42,404 bases of DNA from positions 1-42,404 of the forward strand of contig CBFGTS010000024.1 in the NCBI GenBank assembly GCA_965652295.1, in the 5' to 3' direction. Positions 19,442-28,543 of the stretch are shown here, piece by piece. The position numbers were made by a program, and so were the translations under genes. Numbering within the stretch: position 1 is the first letter of the stretch; every line of letters starts with the position of its first letter. A model generated the notes under the pieces. It had not been told where the DNA came from and ran no database searches. It worked only from the letters and a program-made list of their open reading frames with translations. The stretch is from an uncultured Haloferula sp. (GTDB lineage Bacteria; Verrucomicrobiota; Verrucomicrobiia; Verrucomicrobiales; Akkermansiaceae).

Positions 19442-20143
19442 TCAGTGGTGGCAGGTGGCGCAGGAGGTCGGCGCGTGGATCTGCCACTGCTCTACGAGCT
19501 TTTTGCCGAGATCCTCGGTGGTCGTGATGCCGAGTTCGGGGTGGGCGGCGAGGTATTCCTCGGCGTCATAGGAAAGGTTGTAGACCTCCTCGAGCGGACG
19601 GAGGTTCTTCTCCGGCTGACGGTGGCAATCGAGGCACCAGCCCATCGAGAGGCTCTGGTCCTGATAGACGACCTCCATCTGGTCCACCCGGCCGTGGCAG
19701 CTCTGGCAGGAAATGCCGCGGTTCACGTGGGCGGAGTGGTTGAAGTAGACGTAGTCCGGCGTCTTGTGGATGCGCACCCACTCGACCGGCTTGCCGAAGT
19801 CCGGGTGCTTCAGCAACGGATCCATCCGGTTGCGCAGCGGCTGGAGCTTCGGGCTCTCCTTCTGCACGTGCTGGTGGCAGTTCCAGCAGGTGTTCGAGGT
19901 CGGGACGTTCGAGTGATGCGAGACGTCGACGAACGAGTGGCAGTAGCGGCAGTCCAGACCGACCTGTTCGACGTGGATGCGGTGGGAAAACGGGATCGGT
20001 TGCGAGGGCTGATAGCCGACGACGAGCGTTTTCGGCGTGGCGTAGTAAGTGAAAGCCGCCACGACACCGGCTCCGAGCGCCAGCACGCAGATCGCGATCT
20101 TGAACGGGAGAACGTTGGTCCAGCGCGGGAAGAAGTTGGCCAT
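19442..20143 (-). CDS. actA: Alternative complex III pentaheme cytochrome ActA
   Basis: Start reassigned to ATG 20143 (MANFFPRW); one TM, QPIPFSH, five CxxCH motifs (CRYCH, CWNCH, CQSCH, CLDCH, CATCH). Confidence 0.94.
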   Translation of the reverse strand: MANFFPRWTNVLPFKIAICVLALGAGVVAAFTYYATPKTLVVGYQPSQPIPFSHRIHVEQVGLDCRYCHSFVDVSHHSNVPTSNTCWNCHQHVQKESPKLQPLRNRMDPLLKHPDFGKPVEWVRIHKTPDYVYFNHSAHVNRGISCQSCHGRVDQMEVVYQDQSLSMGWCLDCHRQPEKNLRPLEEVYNLSYDAEEYLAAHPELGITTTEDLGKKLVEQWQIHAPTSCATCHH

Positions 20144-20182
20144 GACGGTGGTGAAATCGTTTCTCGTCGAGAAAATCAGAGA

Positions 20183-20204
20183 GCTTGTGAAATTTTTCAC
20201 AAGC
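20183..20204. promoter_or_regulatory. Palindromic operator matching the Rex consensus (TTGTGAA-N4-TTCACAA); also fits CRP-family TGTGA-N6-TCACA
   Basis: GCTTGTGAAATTTTTCACAAGC, an AT-rich palindrome in GC-rich DNA, 40-61 nt upstream of the actA ATG. Confidence 0.8.
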
Positions 20205-20343
20205 GATGCGGGTTGTCGGGCAGGGGTGCCGCCAGAGAGCGGCGAGTTTGCAAACCGACTTCCGACTGGCAACCGGAAAAACACCCCGTCGGCGGAAAAA
20301 TCCGCCTAGCCGGAATGCCGTCCAAAACTACTGAGACAGGGTC

Positions 20344-20679
20344 TCATTTGGACCAGTTCAGCCCTCTTTCTTTCCGCCATTTCCGGAAGCCCTCGAACTG
20401 CTCTTTTTTGCTGAGAAGACGGCGTTGGGGGTCTTCGGAGAGGAACTCCTCGAACAAGCCCGCCTGCTCGGATTCGGAAGAGGCCGGTTCCGCGGGCTCG
20501 GGTTCAGCGGACGACGGCTTGCGGCCGGAGGCGAGTTGTCGCTCGATCCTCCGCAGCCGGGCACCCAGCACGAGCCGGTGCAGCAAGCCGATGACTTGGA
20601 GGAACAGAATCAGCCCCAGGAGAAACCAGAGGGTGCCGGGGAAATCGGAAGCTTGATAGGGAAGCGGAGTGGTCGGCAT
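20344..20679 (-). CDS. Hypothetical single-TM protein
   Basis: 111 aa; TM LWFLLGLILFLQVIGLL and a structured-looking C-terminus FEEFLSEDPQRRLLSKKEQFEGFRKWRKERGLNW. Confidence 0.65.
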   Translation of the reverse strand: MPTTPLPYQASDFPGTLWFLLGLILFLQVIGLLHRLVLGARLRRIERQLASGRKPSSAEPEPAEPASSESEQAGLFEEFLSEDPQRRLLSKKEQFEGFRKWRKERGLNWSK

Positions 20680-20772
20680 GGGAAACGACGGGAGTTTGCG
20701 AAGGAAGTCGGCGGGGGCGAGCGGAAATTGAGGGAAGGGGGACGACTCCCACGGAAAAGCTCATTCCGCCTA

Positions 20773-20900
20773 CCAGTGGCATGGCCGTCCCGGCCATGAA
20801 AGGTGGATGTGTGCCCCCCCCCTAAAAGGGGCCTCCCATGGATCCCGCGCTGTCTTGATTCCGGCTCCAACGTTCATGGCCGGGACGGCCATGCCACTGG
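20773..20900. repeat. REPIN-like doublet (two inverted REP hairpins)
   Basis: Perfect 28-bp inverted repeat 20773-20800 / 20873-20900: CCAGTGGCATGGCCGTCCCGGCCATGAA; each arm is GTGG plus a hairpin. Confidence 0.85.
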
Positions 20901-20918
20901 CAGAAAAGACACGCTTCC

Positions 20919-21836
20919 TCACCATTCGATGCCCACCCCCTCCTCGGGGATGAGGATCTTTTCGCTCACGCCCAGGCGATCGGCTTCCTGCAAGAGCCGG
21001 TCCACCGCCTCGCCCGGAGCTTCGTTTCCCAGCGGAAAGGTATCGTGGTGCATCGGAATGAGCACCTTGGCTCCCATCTCCGCGAAGGCCCGGACGGCTT
21101 CCTCCGGATTCATGTGGACGTCGCGGCCGCTGGGGGCGTCGTAGGCACCGATGGGCATCAGGGCCACATCGATGTTCGGATGACGGCGGCCGATCTCCGA
21201 AAAACCGGGGAACCACGCGCTGTCCCCACAGTGGAAGACGCTCTTGCCATTCACGTGGATCAAATAGCCGCCGTAATCGCGATGGGTGTCATGGAGATAG
21301 CGCGCGCCCCAGTGATGGCTCGGCGTGTGGACGACCGAGAGCGGACCGAATTCGAGTTCGTCCCAGATCTTCACCTCATGGACGGCAGGGAAGCCGAGCT
21401 TCCGCACCAGCGATCCGCTGCCACGCGGGACCACGATGCCGTCGCGCGACTGCAAGACCTTCAGGCTGGGTTTGTGGAGGTGGTCGAAGTGCGCATGCGT
21501 CACGAGGACCAGGTCGAGCTCCGGGATTTCCTGCAACGGCAGGCCCGGCCGACGGCGGCGGCGGACGATGCCGTGCCAGTTCGCCCAGTTCGGGTCGACC
21601 ATCAGCGAGTGGCCCTCGAACTGGATGAAAAACGCCGCGTGGCCGATCCAGGTGACGCGCACCGTACCATTCGTGGGCGGCTTCAGGATCGGAGCCTGGG
21701 TGGCCCCGTCCGGTCGGCGGAACATCCCCGGCACGATGCGATGGCGGAAGAACTTGTAGTTCCGCTGCGGCCATCCTTTCTGGGGCATCAGACCCGAATA
21801 GTGGGCCGCCGGTCGCACTGGAGGTTCTTGCGCCAT
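20919..21836 (-). CDS. MBL-fold metallo-hydrolase (NAPE-PLD/UlaG-like)
   Basis: VTWIGHA, THAHFDH, HCGDS, LMPIGAY, HMNPEEA, IPMHH; start placed at ATG 21836 (approximate). Confidence 0.88.
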   Translation of the reverse strand: MAQEPPVRPAAHYSGLMPQKGWPQRNYKFFRHRIVPGMFRRPDGATQAPILKPPTNGTVRVTWIGHAAFFIQFEGHSLMVDPNWANWHGIVRRRRRPGLPLQEIPELDLVLVTHAHFDHLHKPSLKVLQSRDGIVVPRGSGSLVRKLGFPAVHEVKIWDELEFGPLSVVHTPSHHWGARYLHDTHRDYGGYLIHVNGKSVFHCGDSAWFPGFSEIGRRHPNIDVALMPIGAYDAPSGRDVHMNPEEAVRAFAEMGAKVLIPMHHDTFPLGNEAPGEAVDRLLQEADRLGVSEKILIPEEGVGIEW

Positions 21837-21847
21837 CGTTCCGCCGC

Positions 21848-22621
21848 TTACGCGTAGGCCGCCGCGATCTTTTCCGCCCATTCCGCGGCCCGCTGCGCGA
21901 AACTCCGCCCATCGTCCGCGTAGGAGATCCCGCGGGAAACATTGATCACATCCGGAGCCATCCGTTTGGCCCCGGCAAGCGCCGCCAGGTCACCGCCCTG
22001 CGCGCCGAGCCCCGGCACCAGCAAGGGAGCCTCTGGGATTTTCGCGAGGACATCGGCCGCGTTCGTCAGGCCGACCACGTAGCCGACATCGGTCGCATTT
22101 CCCTCGCTCTTCGACCGTTCACCGAGAGCCGTCACCAGCTGGAACACCGAGCGACCGTCCGCCAGTTCCTGCCGTTGGAAATCCGCCGAACCGGGATTCG
22201 ACGTCACCGCCAGAAGGTAGACTCCTTTCCCCTCCCAGCTCAGGAAGGGCTCGATCGAATCATATCCGAGAAAAGGATTCAGCGTCACCGCATCCACGCC
22301 CCAGTGGTCGAAGTAGCCCTGCGCGTAATATTTCTGCGTCTCCCCGATGTCGCTGCGCTTGGCGTCGAGGATTACCGGCACCTCCTCCGGCATCCGCTCC
22401 ATCAGCTCGCCGAGCATCTCGATTCCCTTCAGACCCATCGCCTCAAAGTAAGCGATGTTCGGCTTGAACGCCGCCGCTTTCTCCCAGGTTTCGTCCACCA
22501 GACGCCGCAGAAAATCCGGCACCGCCCCGATCCCGTCCTCGCCCGGCCGGGGATCGATCCCCACGCACAACCTCGATCCCGTCGCTTCAATCCTGCCTTG
22601 CAACCGCTCCGTGTAACGCAT
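21848..22621 (-). CDS. pyrF: Orotidine-5'-phosphate decarboxylase
   Basis: LCVGIDP, FKPNIAYFE, ILDAKRSDI, TSNPGS, LVPGLGAQGG, NVSRGI; start at ATG 22621. Confidence 0.95.
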   Translation of the reverse strand: MRYTERLQGRIEATGSRLCVGIDPRPGEDGIGAVPDFLRRLVDETWEKAAAFKPNIAYFEAMGLKGIEMLGELMERMPEEVPVILDAKRSDIGETQKYYAQGYFDHWGVDAVTLNPFLGYDSIEPFLSWEGKGVYLLAVTSNPGSADFQRQELADGRSVFQLVTALGERSKSEGNATDVGYVVGLTNAADVLAKIPEAPLLVPGLGAQGGDLAALAGAKRMAPDVINVSRGISYADDGRSFAQRAAEWAEKIAAAYA

Positions 22622-22737
22622 CGGCAGGACCTTGGCCCGGCTGCGCCGAAACGTCCAATGCGAAGGCAGGCTCATGACATCCTCCCTCCCCCAATCTTCT
22701 TGAACACCCCCGCTCTCCATCGACAGCTTCCGGTGCG

Positions 22738-23754
22738 ATGAAGATGGTGATGGTCCTCGCGATGCTGGCGTGCTCCAGCCTTTCCCTGCCAGCCCGCACC
22801 TGGCGGAATGCGGAAGGCCGGGAAATCGAAGCCGAGTTTGTTTCCAGCGATGGCAAGACGGTCCGGCTGAAGATGGAGACGCGGGAGGTGGACTATCCCA
22901 TCGCGAATCTCTCGGAAGAAGATCGTCAATGGATCGCCCGGCAAGAAGAGCGGAAAACCGAGCCAGCTCCTGTCACGACCGGGCTCCGGACCGGAGTGCC
23001 GATCACTTCCCGGCTGTATCCTGAGATTGACGACTACTTCGACGAAAAGTCGCGTAAGGAGGTTCTGAAGGCTTTTGAGGACGGCGCCTACGCCATCGAG
23101 GGAAAAGATGATCCTGATTCCTGGTTCAAGCGGGATGCTGCCGACTCCTGCGTCATCTACGTTCCGAACTCTTACGACGGCAGCGAGCCCTACGGCCTCT
23201 ACCTGCACATCTCCCCCGGCGACGACGGGAGGCTTCCCTCGGAGTGGTTCCCGCTTTTCGACGAGCGGAAAATGATCGCCGTCAGCGCCAACGGCACCAG
23301 CAACCATCAGCCGATGCTGCGCCGTGTGATGCTGTCGATGGACGCCGTCCAGACCGTCGGCGAGACCTACACGATCGATCCGAAACGCCGGTTCTCCGGT
23401 GGTCTTTCAGGGGGAGGGCACATGGGAATGCTCACCGCCGCGATGTTCCCGGAGCACTTTGTCGGCGCGATCAGCCATGCCGCCCAGAGCTATCTTCCCC
23501 ACGACGACGGCTTCGGACATTTCCCCGGGATGACCCTCAAGGACTTCAACCGTAGCCCCCGCCGGGACCTCGGATGGGTCGTCATCGGCGGCAACAAGGA
23601 CTCGAACTACCCGGAAATCCTGAAAACCACCGAGGCGTGGGAGGGAACGCGCCTCCACTACCGCTTCATCGATGTCCCGGAAATGGCCCATGTCACTGCC
23701 TCCGCGGAAAAGCTAGGCGAGGCCTTCGACTGGATTCTGACCCAAGCCCGGTAA
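22738..23754 (+). CDS. Secreted SHD1-domain alpha/beta hydrolase (esterase-like)
   Basis: Signal peptide; RTWRNAEGREIEAEF...LSEEDRQWI (SHD1-like); IYVP, GLSGGG nucleophile elbow, late His (EMAH). Confidence 0.8.
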   Translation: MKMVMVLAMLACSSLSLPARTWRNAEGREIEAEFVSSDGKTVRLKMETREVDYPIANLSEEDRQWIARQEERKTEPAPVTTGLRTGVPITSRLYPEIDDYFDEKSRKEVLKAFEDGAYAIEGKDDPDSWFKRDAADSCVIYVPNSYDGSEPYGLYLHISPGDDGRLPSEWFPLFDERKMIAVSANGTSNHQPMLRRVMLSMDAVQTVGETYTIDPKRRFSGGLSGGGHMGMLTAAMFPEHFVGAISHAAQSYLPHDDGFGHFPGMTLKDFNRSPRRDLGWVVIGGNKDSNYPEILKTTEAWEGTRLHYRFIDVPEMAHVTASAEKLGEAFDWILTQAR

Positions 23755-23769
23755 GCGGGCCGATCCCAC

Positions 23770-24243
23770 TCACCTCCCCGGCAGCGACATCCGCGAGCCG
23801 CCGAAAACCCGTCGCCGCGAAAGCCGCTCCGCGACGATCAGAAACACCAGCACACCGAGCTGCACCACCAGCAAACCCATCTTCGGCCTCAGCCCGATCT
23901 CGAGCGCGTCGCCAAAACACCCGCAGTCGGGATTCAACCCCCGCGCCAGCGCCTGGCCATTCACGAACAGGAACACCACCGTCAGCCCCACCAGCCACCG
24001 CACCGCCCCGCGCGACCAAAAACCACTCAGCAAACACAGTCCGCAGAGCAGCTCCGTCCACGCCACCCCGTAGGCCACCACCAGATTGTAGGGGTCCTGC
24101 AGAATCAGGAACTCCGCCACCTGCCGGGAGAATACCTGCGGCCCGGTCACGAACAGCTTCAGCGCCCCGATGTAAGCGAACCACAACCCGAACGTGACCC
24201 TCAGGGTGATCACGGTGTAGTCGAGACGCGTCTTGGGTTGCAT
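23770..24243 (-). CDS. DoxX/MauE-family membrane protein
   Basis: Four TM helices; LR...G..K, E..G and RGLNPDCGCFG motif. Confidence 0.85.
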   Translation of the reverse strand: MQPKTRLDYTVITLRVTFGLWFAYIGALKLFVTGPQVFSRQVAEFLILQDPYNLVVAYGVAWTELLCGLCLLSGFWSRGAVRWLVGLTVVFLFVNGQALARGLNPDCGCFGDALEIGLRPKMGLLVVQLGVLVFLIVAERLSRRRVFGGSRMSLPGR

Positions 24244-24334
24244 TTGTTAGGGAGGGTAAACGAACCCCCCACCCCCTTCCAAGCGCGGAAATCCGTTCGA
24301 CCCCGCACCGCTTCAGGTCGAGGGTGGCACGATC

Positions 24335-25003
24335 ATGAAAACCCTTTTCCACCTCCTCGCTCCCTTTCTCCTCCACCTCGGCTCCGCCACCGCCGCCGAT
24401 CCACCCCGCTACGAGCTGCGTGAGGGCGACATCCTGTTCCAAGGAAACGCCGGCCCTCAGAGCGACGCCATCCGCGCCGCCACCGATTCACCCTATACCC
24501 ACTGCGGTATCGTCGTGGAAAAGGGCGGAAAACTCGTCGTCTTCGAAGCCTCCCAACCCGTCAAGACCACACCTCTCAAAGATTTCATCGCCCGCAGCCA
24601 GCCCAGCACCTTCCGGGCCATGCGCCTCGCCGAACCCATCAACGACACCTGGCTCGCCAAGGCCAAGGACTGGGGCGAGGAACTTCTCGGCCAGCCCTAC
24701 GACGCCAAATTCCAGTGGAGTGACGAAGCCTACTACTGCTCCGAACTGGTGTGGAAATTCTACCTCGCCGGCGGCATCGAGCTCTGCAAGCCGAAGCGCT
24801 TCTCTGACTACGACCTCGATGAGCCGGCCGTCGTCGCCCTCATCGAGCAGCGATACGGCGGCATGGGAAACCTCCCCCTCGACGAAGCCGCCGTCGCCCC
24901 CGGCGATCTCGCGGAATCGGACATGCTGGATGAGGTTCCGCCTCTGCCTTCCCATCCGCCGGAAGCGCCTACTCGGTCCACCCCTCCGATGAACGAGCCA
25001 TAG
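24335..25003 (+). CDS. YiiX/YebB-like permuted papain-like (NlpC/P60) protein, secreted
   Basis: Signal peptide; GDILFQ, S.YTHCGIV, PYD, YYCSELVW (His precedes Cys). Confidence 0.88.
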   Translation: MKTLFHLLAPFLLHLGSATAADPPRYELREGDILFQGNAGPQSDAIRAATDSPYTHCGIVVEKGGKLVVFEASQPVKTTPLKDFIARSQPSTFRAMRLAEPINDTWLAKAKDWGEELLGQPYDAKFQWSDEAYYCSELVWKFYLAGGIELCKPKRFSDYDLDEPAVVALIEQRYGGMGNLPLDEAAVAPGDLAESDMLDEVPPLPSHPPEAPTRSTPPMNEP

Positions 25004-25046
25004 GCGAATTCGTAGAGATTCGGAAATTTCGGCGAATGGAAGTCCA

Positions 25047-25165
25047 CCTGCCAGTGGCCTGACCGTCCCGGTCAGGAATGGGAGCGGCTCTACCTCTCCG
25101 CCCGCTCACCTCAAGCGGGAAGCGCTGTTCGGGTTCCTGACCGGGACGGTCAGGCCACTGGCAGG
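25047..25165. repeat. REPIN-like doublet, same family as 20773-20900
   Basis: Perfect 32-bp inverted repeat 25047-25078 / 25134-25165: CCTGCCAGTGGCCTGACCGTCCCGGTCAGGAA. Confidence 0.85.
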
Positions 25166-25225
25166 GAGCGCGAACCTTCGCGTCTTCCGCCTTGCAGTCT
25201 TCCGTCTCTTCCCGACGCTTCATCC

Positions 25226-26380
25226 GTGTCCGTCACCGAGCTTCTCCAGCAACTTGTCCGCATCCCGTCGGTCAATCCCGACAACAGCCCGGGCACCGAT
25301 CGCATCGGCGAAGCCGAGATCGCCGGCTTCCTCGCCCAATGGCTGCGCGACCTCGGAGCCGAGGTCACCCTCGAAGAAATCCGCCCGAAGCGCCCGAACC
25401 TGATCGCCCGTTTCGCCCCGCTCGACGGCCGCCCGCGCATCCTGTTCGGCCCACACCTCGACACCGTCGGCGTCGGCGGCATGACGATCGATCCATTTTC
25501 CGCGGAAATCCGCGACGGCCGCATGTGGGGCCGCGGCACCTCCGACACCAAGGGCCCGATGGCCGCCATGCTGTGGGCTCTCAAGGAAAACGCCCCCGAC
25601 CTCCGCGAGGCCCCCGTCGCCATCGATTTCGTCGGCTTCATGGGCGAGGAGTCGTGCCAGTGGGGGTCGCGGCAGTTCGGGGAAAAGCACGCCGGCGACT
25701 ACCAGTTCGCGATCGTCGGCGAGCCCACCTCGCTCGACATCGTCCACACCACCAAAGGCTCCCTCTGGGCCACCCTGCGCGCCACCGGTAGAGCGGCCCA
25801 TTCCTCCCTCCCCGAACGCGGCGACAACGCCGCCATGAAGCTCGCCCGCACGTTGTGCGAAATCCACGACCCGCTCGTCGAGCGCCTCGCCTCTTTCACC
25901 CACCCCGTTCTCGGCCGTTCCACCCTGAACGTCGGCGTCATCCGCGGCGGCTCGCGACCGAACATCGTCCCCGACCTCGCCGAGGCCGAGATCGACATCC
26001 GCCTCACCCCCTCCCTGCGCGATGCCGGCGGAGCCTTGCGTTTGCTCCGGGAAATCCTGGACGGTCATTCCGTGGAAATCCTCGACGACGACGAAAAGCC
26101 CCCCATGGAGACCCCCGCCGATCATCCATGGATCCAGCACCTCCAGCAGGTCCGCCCCGCCTCCCGCTGCGTCGGTGCTCCGTGGTTCTCCGACGCCGCC
26201 CACCTCTCCCAAGCCGGTATTCCCTCCATCTGCCTCGGCCCCGGCAGCATCGACCAGGCCCACACCTGCGATGAATTCATCGAAGTCGCCGCCCTCGAAG
26301 AAGGCGCCGGATTTCTATCCAGCTTCGTCCGGTCGATCTGCCAATCTTCAATCGGGAATCCCCCATCGGAAATCAGATGA
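25226..26380 (+). CDS. M20 family metallo-hydrolase (ArgE/DapE-like)
   Basis: LVRIPSVNP, HLDTV, GRGTSDTKG, GEE, GEPT, GPGSIDQAHT.DE. Confidence 0.9.
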   Translation: MSVTELLQQLVRIPSVNPDNSPGTDRIGEAEIAGFLAQWLRDLGAEVTLEEIRPKRPNLIARFAPLDGRPRILFGPHLDTVGVGGMTIDPFSAEIRDGRMWGRGTSDTKGPMAAMLWALKENAPDLREAPVAIDFVGFMGEESCQWGSRQFGEKHAGDYQFAIVGEPTSLDIVHTTKGSLWATLRATGRAAHSSLPERGDNAAMKLARTLCEIHDPLVERLASFTHPVLGRSTLNVGVIRGGSRPNIVPDLAEAEIDIRLTPSLRDAGGALRLLREILDGHSVEILDDDEKPPMETPADHPWIQHLQQVRPASRCVGAPWFSDAAHLSQAGIPSICLGPGSIDQAHTCDEFIEVAALEEGAGFLSSFVRSICQSSIGNPPSEIR

Positions 26381-27222
26381 CCACCGTCCTCGACATCCTC
26401 GACAAAGGCACCGCCTACCTCGAAAAGCGCGGGATCGAGGACGCGCGGCGCAACATGCAGATCCTCGTCGCCCACCAGCTGGGCTGCACCCGCATGGACC
26501 TCTACCTGCGCTTCGATCAGCCGATCGATGAAACCCACCTCGCTCCGCTCCGCGAGTCCCTCAAGCAGCGCGCCGATGGCATTCCCGTCCAACACCTCCT
26601 CGGCAGCGTCCACTTCCGCCACCACGAGTTCAAAACCGACGCCCGCGCCCTGATCCCCCGCCCCGAGACCGAGGAACTCGCCGAGTGGATCGCCAAAAAC
26701 GTCACCCTTCCGGAAAACGCCCGAATCCTCGACATGGGTACCGGAACCGGCTGCCTCGGGCTCTCCCTCGCCCACGATTTCCCCAACGCCCGCGTCACCC
26801 TCGCCGACCTCTCCCCCGATGCCCTCTCCCTCGCCTGCGAGAATGCCGCAGCGACCGGACTCGAACATGCCGAACTCCTCGAAACCGACCTCTTCGAGAA
26901 CGTCCCGTCCGACACCCGTTTCGATCTCATCGCCGCCAACCTCCCCTACGTTCCCGAGGGTGAGAAGGTCTCAAGGGAGGTCCGCCACGACCCCGCACTC
27001 GCCCTTTTCAGCGGAAAGGACGGCCTCGATCTGATCCGCCGCTTCATTCCCGAAGCCGCACGGCATCTCCAGCCCGGCGGGTGGCTCGCCATGGAGATCG
27101 GCATCGATCAATCTTCCGAAGTCGAATCCCTCCTCCGTGCCGCTGGACTCACGGACGTCTTGACCCTCAACGACCTCTCTGGCATCCCCCGCTTCCCGGT
27201 CGCCCGCCGTCCTGAACTCTGA
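26377..27222 (+). CDS. prmC: Release factor glutamine methyltransferase
   Basis: LIPRPETEEL, LDMGTGTG, NLPY, DP..ALFSGKDGL, EIG..Q; ATGA overlap with the upstream gene. Confidence 0.93.
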   Translation: MTTVLDILDKGTAYLEKRGIEDARRNMQILVAHQLGCTRMDLYLRFDQPIDETHLAPLRESLKQRADGIPVQHLLGSVHFRHHEFKTDARALIPRPETEELAEWIAKNVTLPENARILDMGTGTGCLGLSLAHDFPNARVTLADLSPDALSLACENAAATGLEHAELLETDLFENVPSDTRFDLIAANLPYVPEGEKVSREVRHDPALALFSGKDGLDLIRRFIPEAARHLQPGGWLAMEIGIDQSSEVESLLRAAGLTDVLTLNDLSGIPRFPVARRPEL

Positions 27223-27248
27223 AAACTGAAAACTAGCAACCTTTCCGG

Positions 27249-28520
27249 ATGGACAAACTCCTCGTTCACGGCGGCACCCCGATCCACGGTGCCATCACCA
27301 TTTCAGGATCGAAAAACGCCTCGCTGCCGATCCTTGCCGCCGCGCTGCTGACCGAGGAGGACGTCGTCATCCGTCGCGTGCCCGACGTTTCCGACACCAA
27401 CTACATGGTGCAAATCCTCACCGGCCTCGGAGCCGATGTGGAACGCTTCTCCGGCACCGTCCGCATCACCGCGGCGGAGATTTCCGACACCGCGCCCTAC
27501 GACATCGTCCGCCGCATGCGCGCCTCGGTCTGCATGATGGGTCCGCTGCTGGCGCGGAAACACCGCTGCGTCGTCGCCCTTCCCGGTGGTTGCGTGATTG
27601 GCGACCGCCCCATCGACCTCCACATCCGCGGTCTCGAAGCGCTCGGGGCGAAGGCCGAGTTCGAGGGCGGAAACGTCATCCTTTCCGCTCCGGGCGGGCT
27701 CAAAGGTGCCACCATCGACCTCTGCGGTGAAAACGGCCCGACCGTTCTCGGCACCGACAACGTGATGATGGCCGCGACCTTGGCCGAGGGCACCACCACC
27801 ATCACCTCCGCCGCCTGCGAACCGGAGGTCGTCGATCTTGCCGAATTCCTCAACTCGATGGGGGCGAAAATCAGCGGTGCCGGCACGCCCGTCATCACCA
27901 TCGAAGGCGTGCCCAAGCTTCACGGCACCGTCCACAACGTCATCCCCGACCGCATCGAGGCCGGCACCTTCATGGTCGCCGCCGCCCTGGCCGGTGAGGG
28001 CGTCACCCTCCGCCGCGTCCACGAGGGCCACCTCGTAGCGATCACCGCCGCGTTGCGGAAAGCCGGTCACCAGGTTCACTTCAACAGCAGCGGCGACGCC
28101 TGCACCGTGCACCGCGGCGATACCCCGATGCCCGTCGAGATCGTCACCGAACCCTACCCCGGCTACCCGACCGACATGCAGGCGCAGATGACCGCCCTGT
28201 TCGCTCTCACGCCCGGCACCAGCGTGGTGGTCGATACCATTTTCCCCCAGCGCTTCATGCACTGCGCGGAACTCAAGCGCATGGGTGCGGACGTCCACGT
28301 GGCCGATGGCAGGGCCGTCATCAAAGGCGTCTCCGGCCTCAGCGGCGCACCCGTCATGGCCAGCGACCTCCGCGCCTCCGCCGCGCTTGTCTTGGCGGGT
28401 CTCGTCGCCAAAGGCACCACCGAGATCAACCGCCTCTACCACATCGACCGCGGCTACGAGCACATCGACGAAAAACTCCTCGCCCTCGGTGCCAATGTCG
28501 AGCGCGTCCGCGAGCGCTGA
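27249..28520 (+). CDS. murA: UDP-N-acetylglucosamine 1-carboxyvinyltransferase
   Basis: SGSKNASLP, MRAS, LPGGCVIGDRP (catalytic Cys), DRIEAGT, PTDMQAQ, DLRASA, IDRGYE. Confidence 0.97.
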   Translation: MDKLLVHGGTPIHGAITISGSKNASLPILAAALLTEEDVVIRRVPDVSDTNYMVQILTGLGADVERFSGTVRITAAEISDTAPYDIVRRMRASVCMMGPLLARKHRCVVALPGGCVIGDRPIDLHIRGLEALGAKAEFEGGNVILSAPGGLKGATIDLCGENGPTVLGTDNVMMAATLAEGTTTITSAACEPEVVDLAEFLNSMGAKISGAGTPVITIEGVPKLHGTVHNVIPDRIEAGTFMVAAALAGEGVTLRRVHEGHLVAITAALRKAGHQVHFNSSGDACTVHRGDTPMPVEIVTEPYPGYPTDMQAQMTALFALTPGTSVVVDTIFPQRFMHCAELKRMGADVHVADGRAVIKGVSGLSGAPVMASDLRASAALVLAGLVAKGTTEINRLYHIDRGYEHIDEKLLALGANVERVRER

Positions 28521-28543
28521 AGGGGCTCGCATTCCGGTTCTCC

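Noticed and set aside
16090..19527. Long antisense ORFs (also 730-1941, 3770-5341, 9399-11072, 14602-16062, 30490-32487, 40486-42081)
   Set aside because: Shadow frames of real genes caused by high GC3; no recognisable motifs
20144..20284. N-terminal extensions in the ORF track (actA, pyrF, panD, GH2, coaB, IMPase, MBL)
   Set aside because: Extensions overlap operators, promoters or neighbouring genes; family homology begins at the downstream starts used here
20814..20822. C9 homopolymer as a phase-variation tract
   Set aside because: Lies in the non-coding spacer of a REP doublet, not in a CDS or an evident promoter
23770..24243. DoxX/MauE protein as partner of the Cys-repeat peptide
   Set aside because: About 18 kb away with unrelated housekeeping genes between; no evidence of linkage
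26938..26949. PrmC NLPY instead of NPPY
   Set aside because: Conservative variant; catalytic Asn and Tyr and all other motifs are intact
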